From the NCBI GenBank assembly GCA_964522415.1, contig CAZFVQ010000001.1, positions 51,414 to 115,413 on the forward strand: a stretch of 64,000 nt of DNA, written 5' to 3'. This stretch comes from an uncultured Rikenellaceae bacterium (GTDB lineage Bacteria > Bacteroidota > Bacteroidia > Bacteroidales > VadinHA17). Shown here in pieces: positions 9,895 through 17,550 of the stretch (positions are counted from its first letter, which is position 1; every line of letters begins with the position of its first letter). The notes under the pieces were generated by a model, which made no database searches, was not told the DNA's origin, and saw only the letters and a list, made by a program, of their open reading frames with translations. A program made the translations under genes and the position numbers.

Positions 9895-11124
9895 TCAGGG
9901 GAACGGGCTGTTTTCAACAAATACTTTTTTAACAGCTTCAAGGTATCCGTAGCCGAACAAGGTGCATGGCTGAAGATAGCTTGTTTCAGTCCATTCGTTC
10001 CAGCTGTTGATTGTTATCAGCGGCAGCTGGCCGGGATGGGCATCGGCATAATCCCGTGCCTTTATCAGTGCATTTTTAAAATTTTCCGGGGTATTGTTTC
10101 TGACTATTCCTTTCCTGAACATTTCAAAGCGGGGATTATTGTCCCAGCCAATTGAAACATGGGCATAATATGGTATTTTAAATTCCCTGTCAATCAGCTT
10201 CCATTCCTTTTCCACATCAGTCATAATGTTATTGTATTCCCTGTCGATGTCTGTGAAATGCACAAACTGGTAGTGGGTAATACCGTCGAAACCAAGCTCT
10301 TTTATTATGTTTTCCTGGGAACCCAGTATATTCCCGTTGATTCCCCTCACATTGAATCCGCTCCGGCGCAGTGACAACTGCAGGTCCAGTCCCCTGAAGC
10401 CTGCCTTAACCGTCTCTTCCCGGAACCAGCGGAGAGCATTTTTTGTTTCACTGACACCGCCTAATCCCTGAATCAGGGCTTCCAGATCATAAATCATGAA
10501 GCTTGGCCTGCCCTCCTTTTTGTAATAGGAATTGTGTGAAAAGTATTTTTCGATTACCCGGTGACAAATTGTTTCGAATTCCTCTCTGTTCACGGCGCCC
10601 TTCCATATGATGGCATCATTCGGTTTGCCGGCATTGCGCCTGTCCCAGGTCATGTCGACATCATGATTGGCCCACATCAGATAGAATTTTACCCGGTCAT
10701 TGTTTCTGGCCCGCAGGTAGCCATTGTTCAGATGTTCCTCCAGGTAGGGCATCCCGTCGTACCAGTACCAGTCAAAAATAAACACGTTAACACCATGGTC
10801 GGCTGCAGCGCTGATCTCCATTTCTGCCACATAGGGATCTGCCTCGTTGATATATCCCCATAAGGGGTAACGCGGCTGCTCATGACCTTCAAACATGGGT
10901 TTGTTCTTCATGACTGTTTCCCATTCCCCGATACCCGCCGGCCAGAAAATTTTTGCACGGTCATCGGGGTGATAAGACGGCCATACAAATGCTGCTATAT
11001 CATATTGTTGTGATGTTTTCTGTTTTGGGTTGCCCGTCTCATCGCAGGCATAGGATGTATTGTTCAGGAAAAAGAAACCACAGGCAATGGCAATCACTAA
11101 AAAGTTGTTCATCCGGATTCTCAT
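9895..11124 (-). CDS. Secreted GH99-like / WbsX-like domain protein
   Basis: 409-aa ORF with a signal peptide. The segment PLWGYINEADPYVAEMEISAAADHGVNVFIFDWYWYDG matches my recollection of the Glyco_tran_WbsX / GH99-like family. Confidence 0.55.
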   Translation of the reverse strand: MRIRMNNFLVIAIACGFFFLNNTSYACDETGNPKQKTSQQYDIAAFVWPSYHPDDRAKIFWPAGIGEWETVMKNKPMFEGHEQPRYPLWGYINEADPYVAEMEISAAADHGVNVFIFDWYWYDGMPYLEEHLNNGYLRARNNDRVKFYLMWANHDVDMTWDRRNAGKPNDAIIWKGAVNREEFETICHRVIEKYFSHNSYYKKEGRPSFMIYDLEALIQGLGGVSETKNALRWFREETVKAGFRGLDLQLSLRRSGFNVRGINGNILGSQENIIKELGFDGITHYQFVHFTDIDREYNNIMTDVEKEWKLIDREFKIPYYAHVSIGWDNNPRFEMFRKGIVRNNTPENFKNALIKARDYADAHPGQLPLITINSWNEWTETSYLQPCTLFGYGYLEAVKKVFVENSPFP

Positions 11125-11184
11125 AATGAAAATATTTATTCAGGTTAACTAATTAAGCAAATATACACATAAAAAATTGCCTGT

Positions 11185-11880
11185 CTAGCAGATGTGATAT
11201 TCTCTCAGCTTTTTCCTGAGCAGTTTGTATCCGGGCAGGAGTTCCGACAGCAGATCATAAAAGCCGGGCCCGTGGTTATGGTGTTTCAGATGACACAGTT
11301 CATGGATGATCACATAATCGATTATTTCAGGACTGAGTTTGACCAGTTCGGAATTGAGACTTATCCTGCCGCCCGTACTGCAGCTGCCCCACCTGCTTTT
11401 CATGGAGCGTACGGTGAGTCCCGCCGGCCGGAATCCCGCATGACTGTGTTTTCTGATAATCTCCGCCAGTCTTTCCGGTAGTATTTCGCGTGCTTTCATG
11501 GCATACCATCCGGAAATGAGATGCCTGGTTATATCCGGATTTTCAGGATCTGTCTGTCCCGTAAGGATTTCATTTTCATTCAGCCACACGCGGGATTCTT
11601 CCGAGTGAGTCCTTTGCAGCCTGTACTCTTTGCCAAGGAAGAGGAAAATTTCCCCGTCAGTAAATTCTTTGTCATTGTATGTAAGCCGGATACGCTTATC
11701 GCCGTCAGTATGCTTTTTTATCCAGCCGGATTTCGACCGGACAAACCGGTTGATGTCTTCCAGGGGTGTTCTCAAGGGAGCCCTGACCGTGATGCTTTTG
11801 TCGGGCCGGACAATAATGCTTATTGACCGCCTGCGGGAAAAAACCAGCTTATATTTTATGTTTTCCGTTTCAGCTGACAT
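11185..11880 (-). CDS. YgjP/DUF45-type (M48/SprT-like) zinc metallohydrolase
   Basis: 231-aa ORF. The C-terminal motif is VIIHELCHLKHHNHGPGFY. Confidence 0.8.
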   Translation of the reverse strand: MSAETENIKYKLVFSRRRSISIIVRPDKSITVRAPLRTPLEDINRFVRSKSGWIKKHTDGDKRIRLTYNDKEFTDGEIFLFLGKEYRLQRTHSEESRVWLNENEILTGQTDPENPDITRHLISGWYAMKAREILPERLAEIIRKHSHAGFRPAGLTVRSMKSRWGSCSTGGRISLNSELVKLSPEIIDYVIIHELCHLKHHNHGPGFYDLLSELLPGYKLLRKKLREYHIC

Positions 11881-13065
11881 TCATCCGGTTCTCAGAGTGA
11901 TGATGGTGATTTCGGGAGACATGCATATTCTGAAAGGGATTTCCAGAACACCCAGTCCGCGGTTAACATATAAATACTGATCTCCTTCTGAGTATAATCC
12001 GTTCCAGTGAGGGTAATAACGTACTGCAGGGCTCCACCGGATCTTTTTAGTGATGATTCCCATCTGCATTCCGTGAGTGTGGCCTGCAAGCGAGAGCTGA
12101 ATGTCTGTCCTGCCGGCAACATCAGTGTCCCATTGATTCGGATCGTGACACAGCAGGATCTTAAGTGCGGCGCTGCCGGTTCCGGAAATGGCTTTTCCAA
12201 GATCCCCGTGTTTTATCCCGGGATGCCGCCCGCTGGTGGTGACTCCTATTATGGCTACCTTAACCCCATGTATGTCAATTATATCATTTTCATTATTCAG
12301 TACCCTGTATCCCGAACGGGATATCATATTGCTTATCAGCACCGGAGTCATTCGCCTTTCTTCCTCTTCATCAGGAGGGAAATACGTTCCCATGTCATGA
12401 TTTCCCAGTATGGCATAATTTCCGTATCTGCCCCGGTATTTTGACAGTATGGTGTCAAAGCCGGCGAATTCCCTGCTTCCGACAGTAACAAAATCACCCG
12501 TGTTAAGTATCAGGTCAGGATGATATTTTTCAATTTCTTTCATGACATCATCAAGGCGGCCGGGTTGTTTGAAAAAACTGCTCAGGTGAAGATCGGACAA
12601 TTGTGCTATTATCAGTCCGTCAAGCGAGGGATGCAGATTTTTCAGGGATATTGTGATTTTCTCAGTTTTGAAATTATACCTTCCCCGGACAGAACCATGT
12701 CCGACGACAAGAAATATTAATCCTGATAATACAAGACCGGTTCCCGTTAGCCGGCGGCTGTGACCGCCTTTTTTAATCCTTATGAGTTTTCCGGTGAAAT
12801 GGAAAATGCTTAGCAGGCCCCTGGGCAGCAGTACAGCGCTTAACAGTCCGGAAAAAACAAGCTGATCATTGATAAATTCCGGATCATCAGCAGGTCCCCT
12901 GAAAGACACCACAGTCAGCGCATAAAACCATATTGTCAGGGAAAGGGCAAAATGGACTGCCATGATTCCGTAATACACTGATTGTGAGCTTTTTAAAAAT
13001 TGTTCTTTCAGCGTCAGGAATGAGAGGATCTCAAACAGGAGCAATGAGATAAAAATGAATGTCAT
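11881..13065 (-). CDS. Membrane-anchored metallophosphoesterase (calcineurin-like)
   Basis: 394-aa ORF with N-terminal TM helices followed by the motifs SDLHL, TGDFV, GNHD and GHTHG. Its stop abuts the start of the downstream gene (11880/11881). Confidence 0.8.
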   Translation of the reverse strand: MTFIFISLLLFEILSFLTLKEQFLKSSQSVYYGIMAVHFALSLTIWFYALTVVSFRGPADDPEFINDQLVFSGLLSAVLLPRGLLSIFHFTGKLIRIKKGGHSRRLTGTGLVLSGLIFLVVGHGSVRGRYNFKTEKITISLKNLHPSLDGLIIAQLSDLHLSSFFKQPGRLDDVMKEIEKYHPDLILNTGDFVTVGSREFAGFDTILSKYRGRYGNYAILGNHDMGTYFPPDEEEERRMTPVLISNMISRSGYRVLNNENDIIDIHGVKVAIIGVTTSGRHPGIKHGDLGKAISGTGSAALKILLCHDPNQWDTDVAGRTDIQLSLAGHTHGMQMGIITKKIRWSPAVRYYPHWNGLYSEGDQYLYVNRGLGVLEIPFRICMSPEITIITLRTG

Positions 13066-13147
13066 GGTAAAAATGCTGATTCCAAAAATAAATGAAATAA
13101 AATTAAGACAGGAATATTTATTTTAGTATGCATTAATTTCAGCAATT

Positions 13148-13585
13148 ATGGCGACAGTCAGGTTTTATGACAAATCCCATACTCCGGAGGGCAGGCTCAT
13201 ATATTCGGTAATCCCTGCAAGATACAGGGGAAAATGGATTTTTGTCCGCAACAGGATGCGTTCTGCCTGGAGTATATGTGCCGGGCATATAGAGGATGGT
13301 GAAACATCTGATGAAGCTGCCGCAAGGGAGCTGATGGAAGAAACCGGGGCTCTTGAATTCTCACTTCACAGGATAGCTACTTATTCAGTTGAAAATGAAG
13401 GCGAAACAGGATACGGCAGATTATATTATGCTGAAGTCATTCAGCTTGGCCCTGTTCCTGAAGGATCTGAGATAGCGGAGAGAATGTTCGGTGACGGGCT
13501 TCCTGATGATCTGATATATCCGGATGTACAGCCGGCTTTGTTCAGCCGGGTTCTGAAATGGCTCAGCGAGGAGCACCTGGTTTAG
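13148..13585 (+). CDS. NUDIX hydrolase
   Basis: 145-aa ORF with the Nudix box GHIEDGETSDEAAARELMEETG. Confidence 0.85.
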   Translation: MATVRFYDKSHTPEGRLIYSVIPARYRGKWIFVRNRMRSAWSICAGHIEDGETSDEAAARELMEETGALEFSLHRIATYSVENEGETGYGRLYYAEVIQLGPVPEGSEIAERMFGDGLPDDLIYPDVQPALFSRVLKWLSEEHLV

Positions 13586-14766
13586 ATGTATTCGAAGCTT
13601 ATTTTTTTCAGCCACCTGTCTTCAAGAAGTCTTGCAATTCTTTTTACCACCGTTCTGCGGATCTCGAGTTCGACAGGCAGGCTGGGATCCTGATGGGCTA
13701 TATTGATACGTGTGCCTATGATAAAGTGTATTTCATCGCTTTCCATCAGCAGTTTTACTATTTTATCGGCAGGACCTTTCTCGAGAAGAACACTGTTGTT
13801 GAATGTTTTCAGGATTTCATTTACTTTCTGAAGAGTAAGAATACCTTCGGTCACCAGGTCTATTCCCTCGATAAAGCTTTCGGGAGGAAGTTCGGGATCT
13901 TCAAAAACCAGCTCATCAACAATCTTTCTGTTCAGTTCCCTGGCAACAATATCTGCAGTGGTCCCTCCGCAGATAATGACTTTCCCTTCATAATTTTTGA
14001 TTTTGGCAGCCAGCTTCAGATCTTTGTCCTTTTCATAGGGGGGACCCGTGCTGATAAGCAGTTTCCTTGGCTCCCTGAAATATATTACAGAACAGCTGAT
14101 ATCATCCCTGGCTTTGTAGCCGTCATTCTTATGCGCCATTGTGACAATCTTGGCAGCAAGTGTGTTTGCAGAGAGCGAAGCATCAGCACTTACCAGTCCG
14201 GAAGCGTAATTAAGAATATTTTCCCTTTCCCATCCAAAGGGATATATATCGCTTCCCATGCCGCTCTGAGAGACACCATCGGTGAAAAATATTATCCGGT
14301 CTTCCTTTTCAGGTTCGAGTGAACAGGATTTTAAAACCTTTCCCGCATGCTTGCCTTTTTCGAGAGTTACTTTTTTCCATGAGGGGTCAAATTCCTTATT
14401 CCCCCTGAGAATTATTGCGGAAGGGTTGTCATATTCAAGAATATTTGTCCTGCCGCTGCTTTCTATGTCGATAATGGTGAAGGTTGAATAGGCTATTTTT
14501 CTCTCGCTGCAAACGGGAAGGGTGTTCATGATTATTTCGGCAATCCTGTCAACTTCCTTGTGTTCCTTCGTAAAGCTCAGTGCCATGGTGGATGTGAGCG
14601 TTGCCAGGATATTAGCCTTGACACCATGTCCCATGCCATCCGAAAGAACTGCAATGATCCTGTTTTCTTCCCTGATGGACCTGTACAGGAACACATCGCC
14701 GCATATCCTTTCTCCGTCGTGATTGCGCTGCTGGGAATTGACTTCTATGTAAAAATCCTGCTTCAA
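13582..14766 (-). CDS. SpoIIE/PP2C-family protein phosphatase with unassigned C-terminal domain
   Basis: 394-aa ORF. The N-terminal half carries ICGDVF...AVLSDGMGHGVKANILATLT and ...FFTDGV, typical of SpoIIE-type PP2C. I do not recognise the C-terminal ~170 aa (VIICGGTTADIVARELNRKI...). It lies immediately downstream of the PAS-type sensory hydrogenase gene. Confidence 0.8.
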   Translation of the reverse strand: MKQDFYIEVNSQQRNHDGERICGDVFLYRSIREENRIIAVLSDGMGHGVKANILATLTSTMALSFTKEHKEVDRIAEIIMNTLPVCSERKIAYSTFTIIDIESSGRTNILEYDNPSAIILRGNKEFDPSWKKVTLEKGKHAGKVLKSCSLEPEKEDRIIFFTDGVSQSGMGSDIYPFGWERENILNYASGLVSADASLSANTLAAKIVTMAHKNDGYKARDDISCSVIYFREPRKLLISTGPPYEKDKDLKLAAKIKNYEGKVIICGGTTADIVARELNRKIVDELVFEDPELPPESFIEGIDLVTEGILTLQKVNEILKTFNNSVLLEKGPADKIVKLLMESDEIHFIIGTRINIAHQDPSLPVELEIRRTVVKRIARLLEDRWLKKISFEYI

Positions 14767-14775
14767 TACCAGGGT

Positions 14776-16656
14776 TTATGTTTTATTTTTGACGTTGCTC
14801 CTTTTCCTGTAGGATTCAATGATGGAGTTGAGCATCTGTTCAGTATCCGAAGCTCCTTCGCCGAGGAGAAAACCGATCTTCTGAACCATTTCGAGATTTT
14901 TATCAATGACTTCCGAAACCCGGGTTATTACTTCTTCTCCCTGAACTTCAGGTGAGTACAGATCCCTGATAATTGCCCCGCATATCTTGTTCTTCTTAAT
15001 GGGAAATATTGAGACGTTCAGCATCTTATCATCAAAATGAACATCCCTGCTTACCACGGGAACGTCTTCCCTGATGACATAGGTGAACATGTTGTACACG
15101 TTGAAGGGAATGAGGGTTTTCAAATCCGCTCCGGCCAGCCCCGGTATGATTTCCGAGATGGCATTGGCATCTTCGCCGAGTATGCTGATGAAACTCTTGT
15201 TGGAATGAAGGACTTTCAGATTATTATCCACGATCACAACACCTGAAGTGAGTTTTTCAAGCATGTTGTGAAGCATGTCGGAGGCATTCTGGGCAATCTC
15301 CTTTTCCCTGCGGGCAAACTCCTCCGATTCCTTCAGGGCCCTTTTTGTTTCTGCAAGCTTCCTGTTGGTTTGCCTGAGGGTTTCAATATATTCCTGTTTG
15401 TTGCGGAGATTGAAAGTATGGCACATTTCAGGTATTGCCAGACCCTTGGCGACTATTACGGCAAAATCGCGGCAGGAGCCGTATCCGCAGGCACCGCAGT
15501 CAAGTTTCTCATCCGGATCATGCCTGCCGATAATTTTCATCACCTCATTGATTGCTTCCTCGGGCGGCTCAGGGATTCTCTGGTCATTGGGACTGAAGGT
15601 TCTTGAGAAATCCAGCTTCATCCACCTGTCCATGTTTTTCTGCCACAGGTCCTGATCAAGGGTTGAGATCCGTTTCTCGGTATACCTGCTTACAAGCGCC
15701 CTTCTGCGGAACTTTTCGCTGTGATTTTCCATTCCCGGGCCAAGGAGGCAGCCATGGCAGAAGAAGAGATTGAAATGATGATGTATGGTGTCAATATGTC
15801 TGTCGAAATCATGAACAGCTTCCAGGCTGTCCTCACTGCCGGATGCGGTGATGACCTTGCTTGAAACCATGTCGCGCTTCAGTCCCCCGGCCTGTATTAT
15901 TCCCGGAGGAAGGGGATAGAGGGCGCCCCAGTATCCGTAAGGCGGATCAAATTCCGACATTTTTACAAGTCTTTCCTGAATGCCTTCCTCGTCAAACATC
16001 TGTCTCAGCTCAATGAATGTAAGAACACTTTCAATCAGTTTCCCCGCGCCGTAATTAAGTATTTCATCCTTGGCATCAATGCAGGGTCCTATATGAACCA
16101 GTGCAGTGTCTTCATCATAAAGATCCTTCACCACCATGGCCGTGGCTATCATGGGAGATACCAGGGGAGCGAGATTGGGACTGAGTTCCGGATGGTATTT
16201 TTCAATAAGCTTGACTATTGCCGGACAATTTGCGGATATATAGTACTTTCCTTCCGCCTTGCTGAAAAGGTCAACATAATGAGCCGCTATGAGGTCAACG
16301 CCGAATGAAACTTCATGGACATAATCGAATCCCAGGGAACGGATCATGGTGACAAATTTCCGGTAATCGGTTATATCATCAAATTCGGATGCAATACTTG
16401 GTTCTATAAGGGCGGCGGTTTTACGGCCCGACGACAGAATTGCCCGTACCTCCTCTTTTGAATCACGGAATTCTACCGCACCCCGGGAACAGGATACAAA
16501 GCATAATCCGCATCCTATACATCTCTCTGAAACAATTACCGGGTGTTTCTTCTGAGGCCGTACCTCTATGGCATTTACCGGGCAGATACGCACACAGGAA
16601 TAGGAATTCCTGCACTTCGACTCGTTGATTGTCAAAACTGGTTTTCTTTCATTCAT
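14776..16656 (-). CDS. Putative sensory [FeFe]-hydrogenase-like protein (HydS type): ferredoxin domain + H-cluster domain + Cx2Cx4Cx16C + PAS
   Basis: ORF 14776..16737, trimmed to the ATG at 16656 (MNERKPVLTINESKC) to clear the upstream gene. The ferredoxin motifs are CRNSYSCVRICP and CIGCGLCFVSC. The H-domain motifs are ISANCPAI, IGPCIDAKDE and FFCHGCLLGPG. These are followed by CGACGYGSCRDFAVIVAKGLAIPEMC, a coiled coil and a PAS-like C-terminus. Confidence 0.8.
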   Translation of the reverse strand: MNERKPVLTINESKCRNSYSCVRICPVNAIEVRPQKKHPVIVSERCIGCGLCFVSCSRGAVEFRDSKEEVRAILSSGRKTAALIEPSIASEFDDITDYRKFVTMIRSLGFDYVHEVSFGVDLIAAHYVDLFSKAEGKYYISANCPAIVKLIEKYHPELSPNLAPLVSPMIATAMVVKDLYDEDTALVHIGPCIDAKDEILNYGAGKLIESVLTFIELRQMFDEEGIQERLVKMSEFDPPYGYWGALYPLPPGIIQAGGLKRDMVSSKVITASGSEDSLEAVHDFDRHIDTIHHHFNLFFCHGCLLGPGMENHSEKFRRRALVSRYTEKRISTLDQDLWQKNMDRWMKLDFSRTFSPNDQRIPEPPEEAINEVMKIIGRHDPDEKLDCGACGYGSCRDFAVIVAKGLAIPEMCHTFNLRNKQEYIETLRQTNRKLAETKRALKESEEFARREKEIAQNASDMLHNMLEKLTSGVVIVDNNLKVLHSNKSFISILGEDANAISEIIPGLAGADLKTLIPFNVYNMFTYVIREDVPVVSRDVHFDDKMLNVSIFPIKKNKICGAIIRDLYSPEVQGEEVITRVSEVIDKNLEMVQKIGFLLGEGASDTEQMLNSIIESYRKRSNVKNKT

Positions 16657-16672
16657 TTTGCTTCCTTCCGGA

Positions 16673-16981
16673 TTATTTAAGATTTGCCAGTTCCCTGTCC
16701 AGAATATCCTCAATCCCGGCAAGAGTAATTCCTTCAATAATCTTCCCGTTTATGTTCAGATTCGGACCATTGGTGCAGTTTCCGATACAGCGGGCACCCC
16801 TGAAAATCACTTTGTCCTCAAGGTGATGCTTTTTAAGGTATTCCTTTATAAATACTGCGACATCCTTGTTTCCTCTTGAAAAACAGGAACTTCCCAGACA
16901 AATCTGCATTTCTGTAACCCTGATCATTACTCCTGGAGCATGAATTGTAACAACTGCCTCAAAAATACTAATAATTCCCAT
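16673..16981 (-). CDS. Thioredoxin-like [2Fe-2S] ferredoxin (NuoE-fold, HfsA-like small protein)
   Basis: 102-aa ORF with the cysteine pattern CLGSSC...CIGNC. The true start may be the internal ATG at 16927 (MIRVTEMQICLGSSC). It is the first gene of the minus-strand sensor operon. Confidence 0.7.
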   Translation of the reverse strand: MGIISIFEAVVTIHAPGVMIRVTEMQICLGSSCFSRGNKDVAVFIKEYLKKHHLEDKVIFRGARCIGNCTNGPNLNINGKIIEGITLAGIEDILDRELANLK

Positions 16982-17005
16982 TGCTTATTAAACTCTTATT
17001 ATGAT

Positions 17006-17025
17006 ATTGTTAAAAAAATAACAAT
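17006..17025. promoter_or_regulatory. Candidate Rex operator (ATTGTTA-N6-TAACAAT palindrome) in the divergent hydrogenase promoter
   Basis: Read directly: attgttaaaaaaataacaat, a perfect inverted repeat with 7-bp arms. The core TTGTTA-N6-TAACAA fits the published Rex consensus family TTGTKAA-N4-TTMACAA. A rex gene lies at 25203..25826. Confidence 0.45.
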
Positions 17026-17031
17026 GTTTAT

Positions 17032-17057
17032 TTTGTAACAATAAATAATTATATTTG
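17032..17057 (+). promoter_or_regulatory. Candidate Bacteroidota-type promoter for the hydC operon (TTTG ... TAnnTTTG)
   Basis: TTTG lies at 17032-17035 and TATATTTG at 17050-17057, 22 nt upstream of the ATG at 17080. The spacing between elements is shorter than the textbook value, so this is tentative. Confidence 0.3.
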
Positions 17058-17079
17058 TCTAACCTATATCATTATCCTG

Positions 17080-17550
17080 ATGACTGCGGAAATTGAATCA
17101 ATAATGAAAAAATACCGGCCCGGCAGAAGAGAGGACCTTATTCCGCTTCTTCAGGAAATCCAGGATGTGAATGGCTATCTGTCGGAAGAGATCATTGTAA
17201 AAGCAGGTACTTTCATCGGATTAAGTACAACGAAGATCTATGGGCTTGCCACATTTTATGACCAGTTCAGGTTCCTGCCTGCAGGACGTATAAAAATACG
17301 AATCTGTCACGGAACATCCTGTTTCCTCAACGGATCACAAAACGTCATCAACAAGATCAGGGAAGAGACAGGTCTGGCTCCCGGACAAACATCCAGAGAC
17401 GGCCTGTTCAGCTACGAAATTGTTACCTGTATGGGTGGCTGCACCAGGGGACCCCTCCTGACGGTGAATGAAGAATATCACCTCAATGTACAACCCGGAG
17501 AGATTCCGGATTTGCTCCGCAGACTCAGGTATATTGTTGAAAATGATTAA
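17080..17550 (+). CDS. hydC: NuoE-like [2Fe-2S] subunit of trimeric [FeFe] hydrogenase (HydC-like)
   Basis: 156-aa ORF with the cysteine pattern ICHGTSC...VTCMGGCTRGP. Its stop TAA is directly followed by the next ATG. Confidence 0.85.
   Translation: MTAEIESIMKKYRPGRREDLIPLLQEIQDVNGYLSEEIIVKAGTFIGLSTTKIYGLATFYDQFRFLPAGRIKIRICHGTSCFLNGSQNVINKIREETGLAPGQTSRDGLFSYEIVTCMGGCTRGPLLTVNEEYHLNVQPGEIPDLLRRLRYIVEND

Noticed and set aside
1-11124. Polysaccharide utilisation locus (PUL)
   Set aside because: Glycoside hydrolase and sugar kinase genes are present, but there is no SusC/SusD pair, hybrid two-component system or ECF/anti-sigma pair in the window.
16657-16737. N-terminal extensions of track ORFs: HydS to 16737, M14 peptidase to 29593, PaaK from 33746, YicC to 41274, SurE from 50355, DUF3078 from 42898, NadD TTG at 39785, GldF GTG at 53937
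   Set aside because: The extensions overlap neighbouring genes or add non-homologous residues. The internal ATGs give canonical family N-termini or signal peptides.
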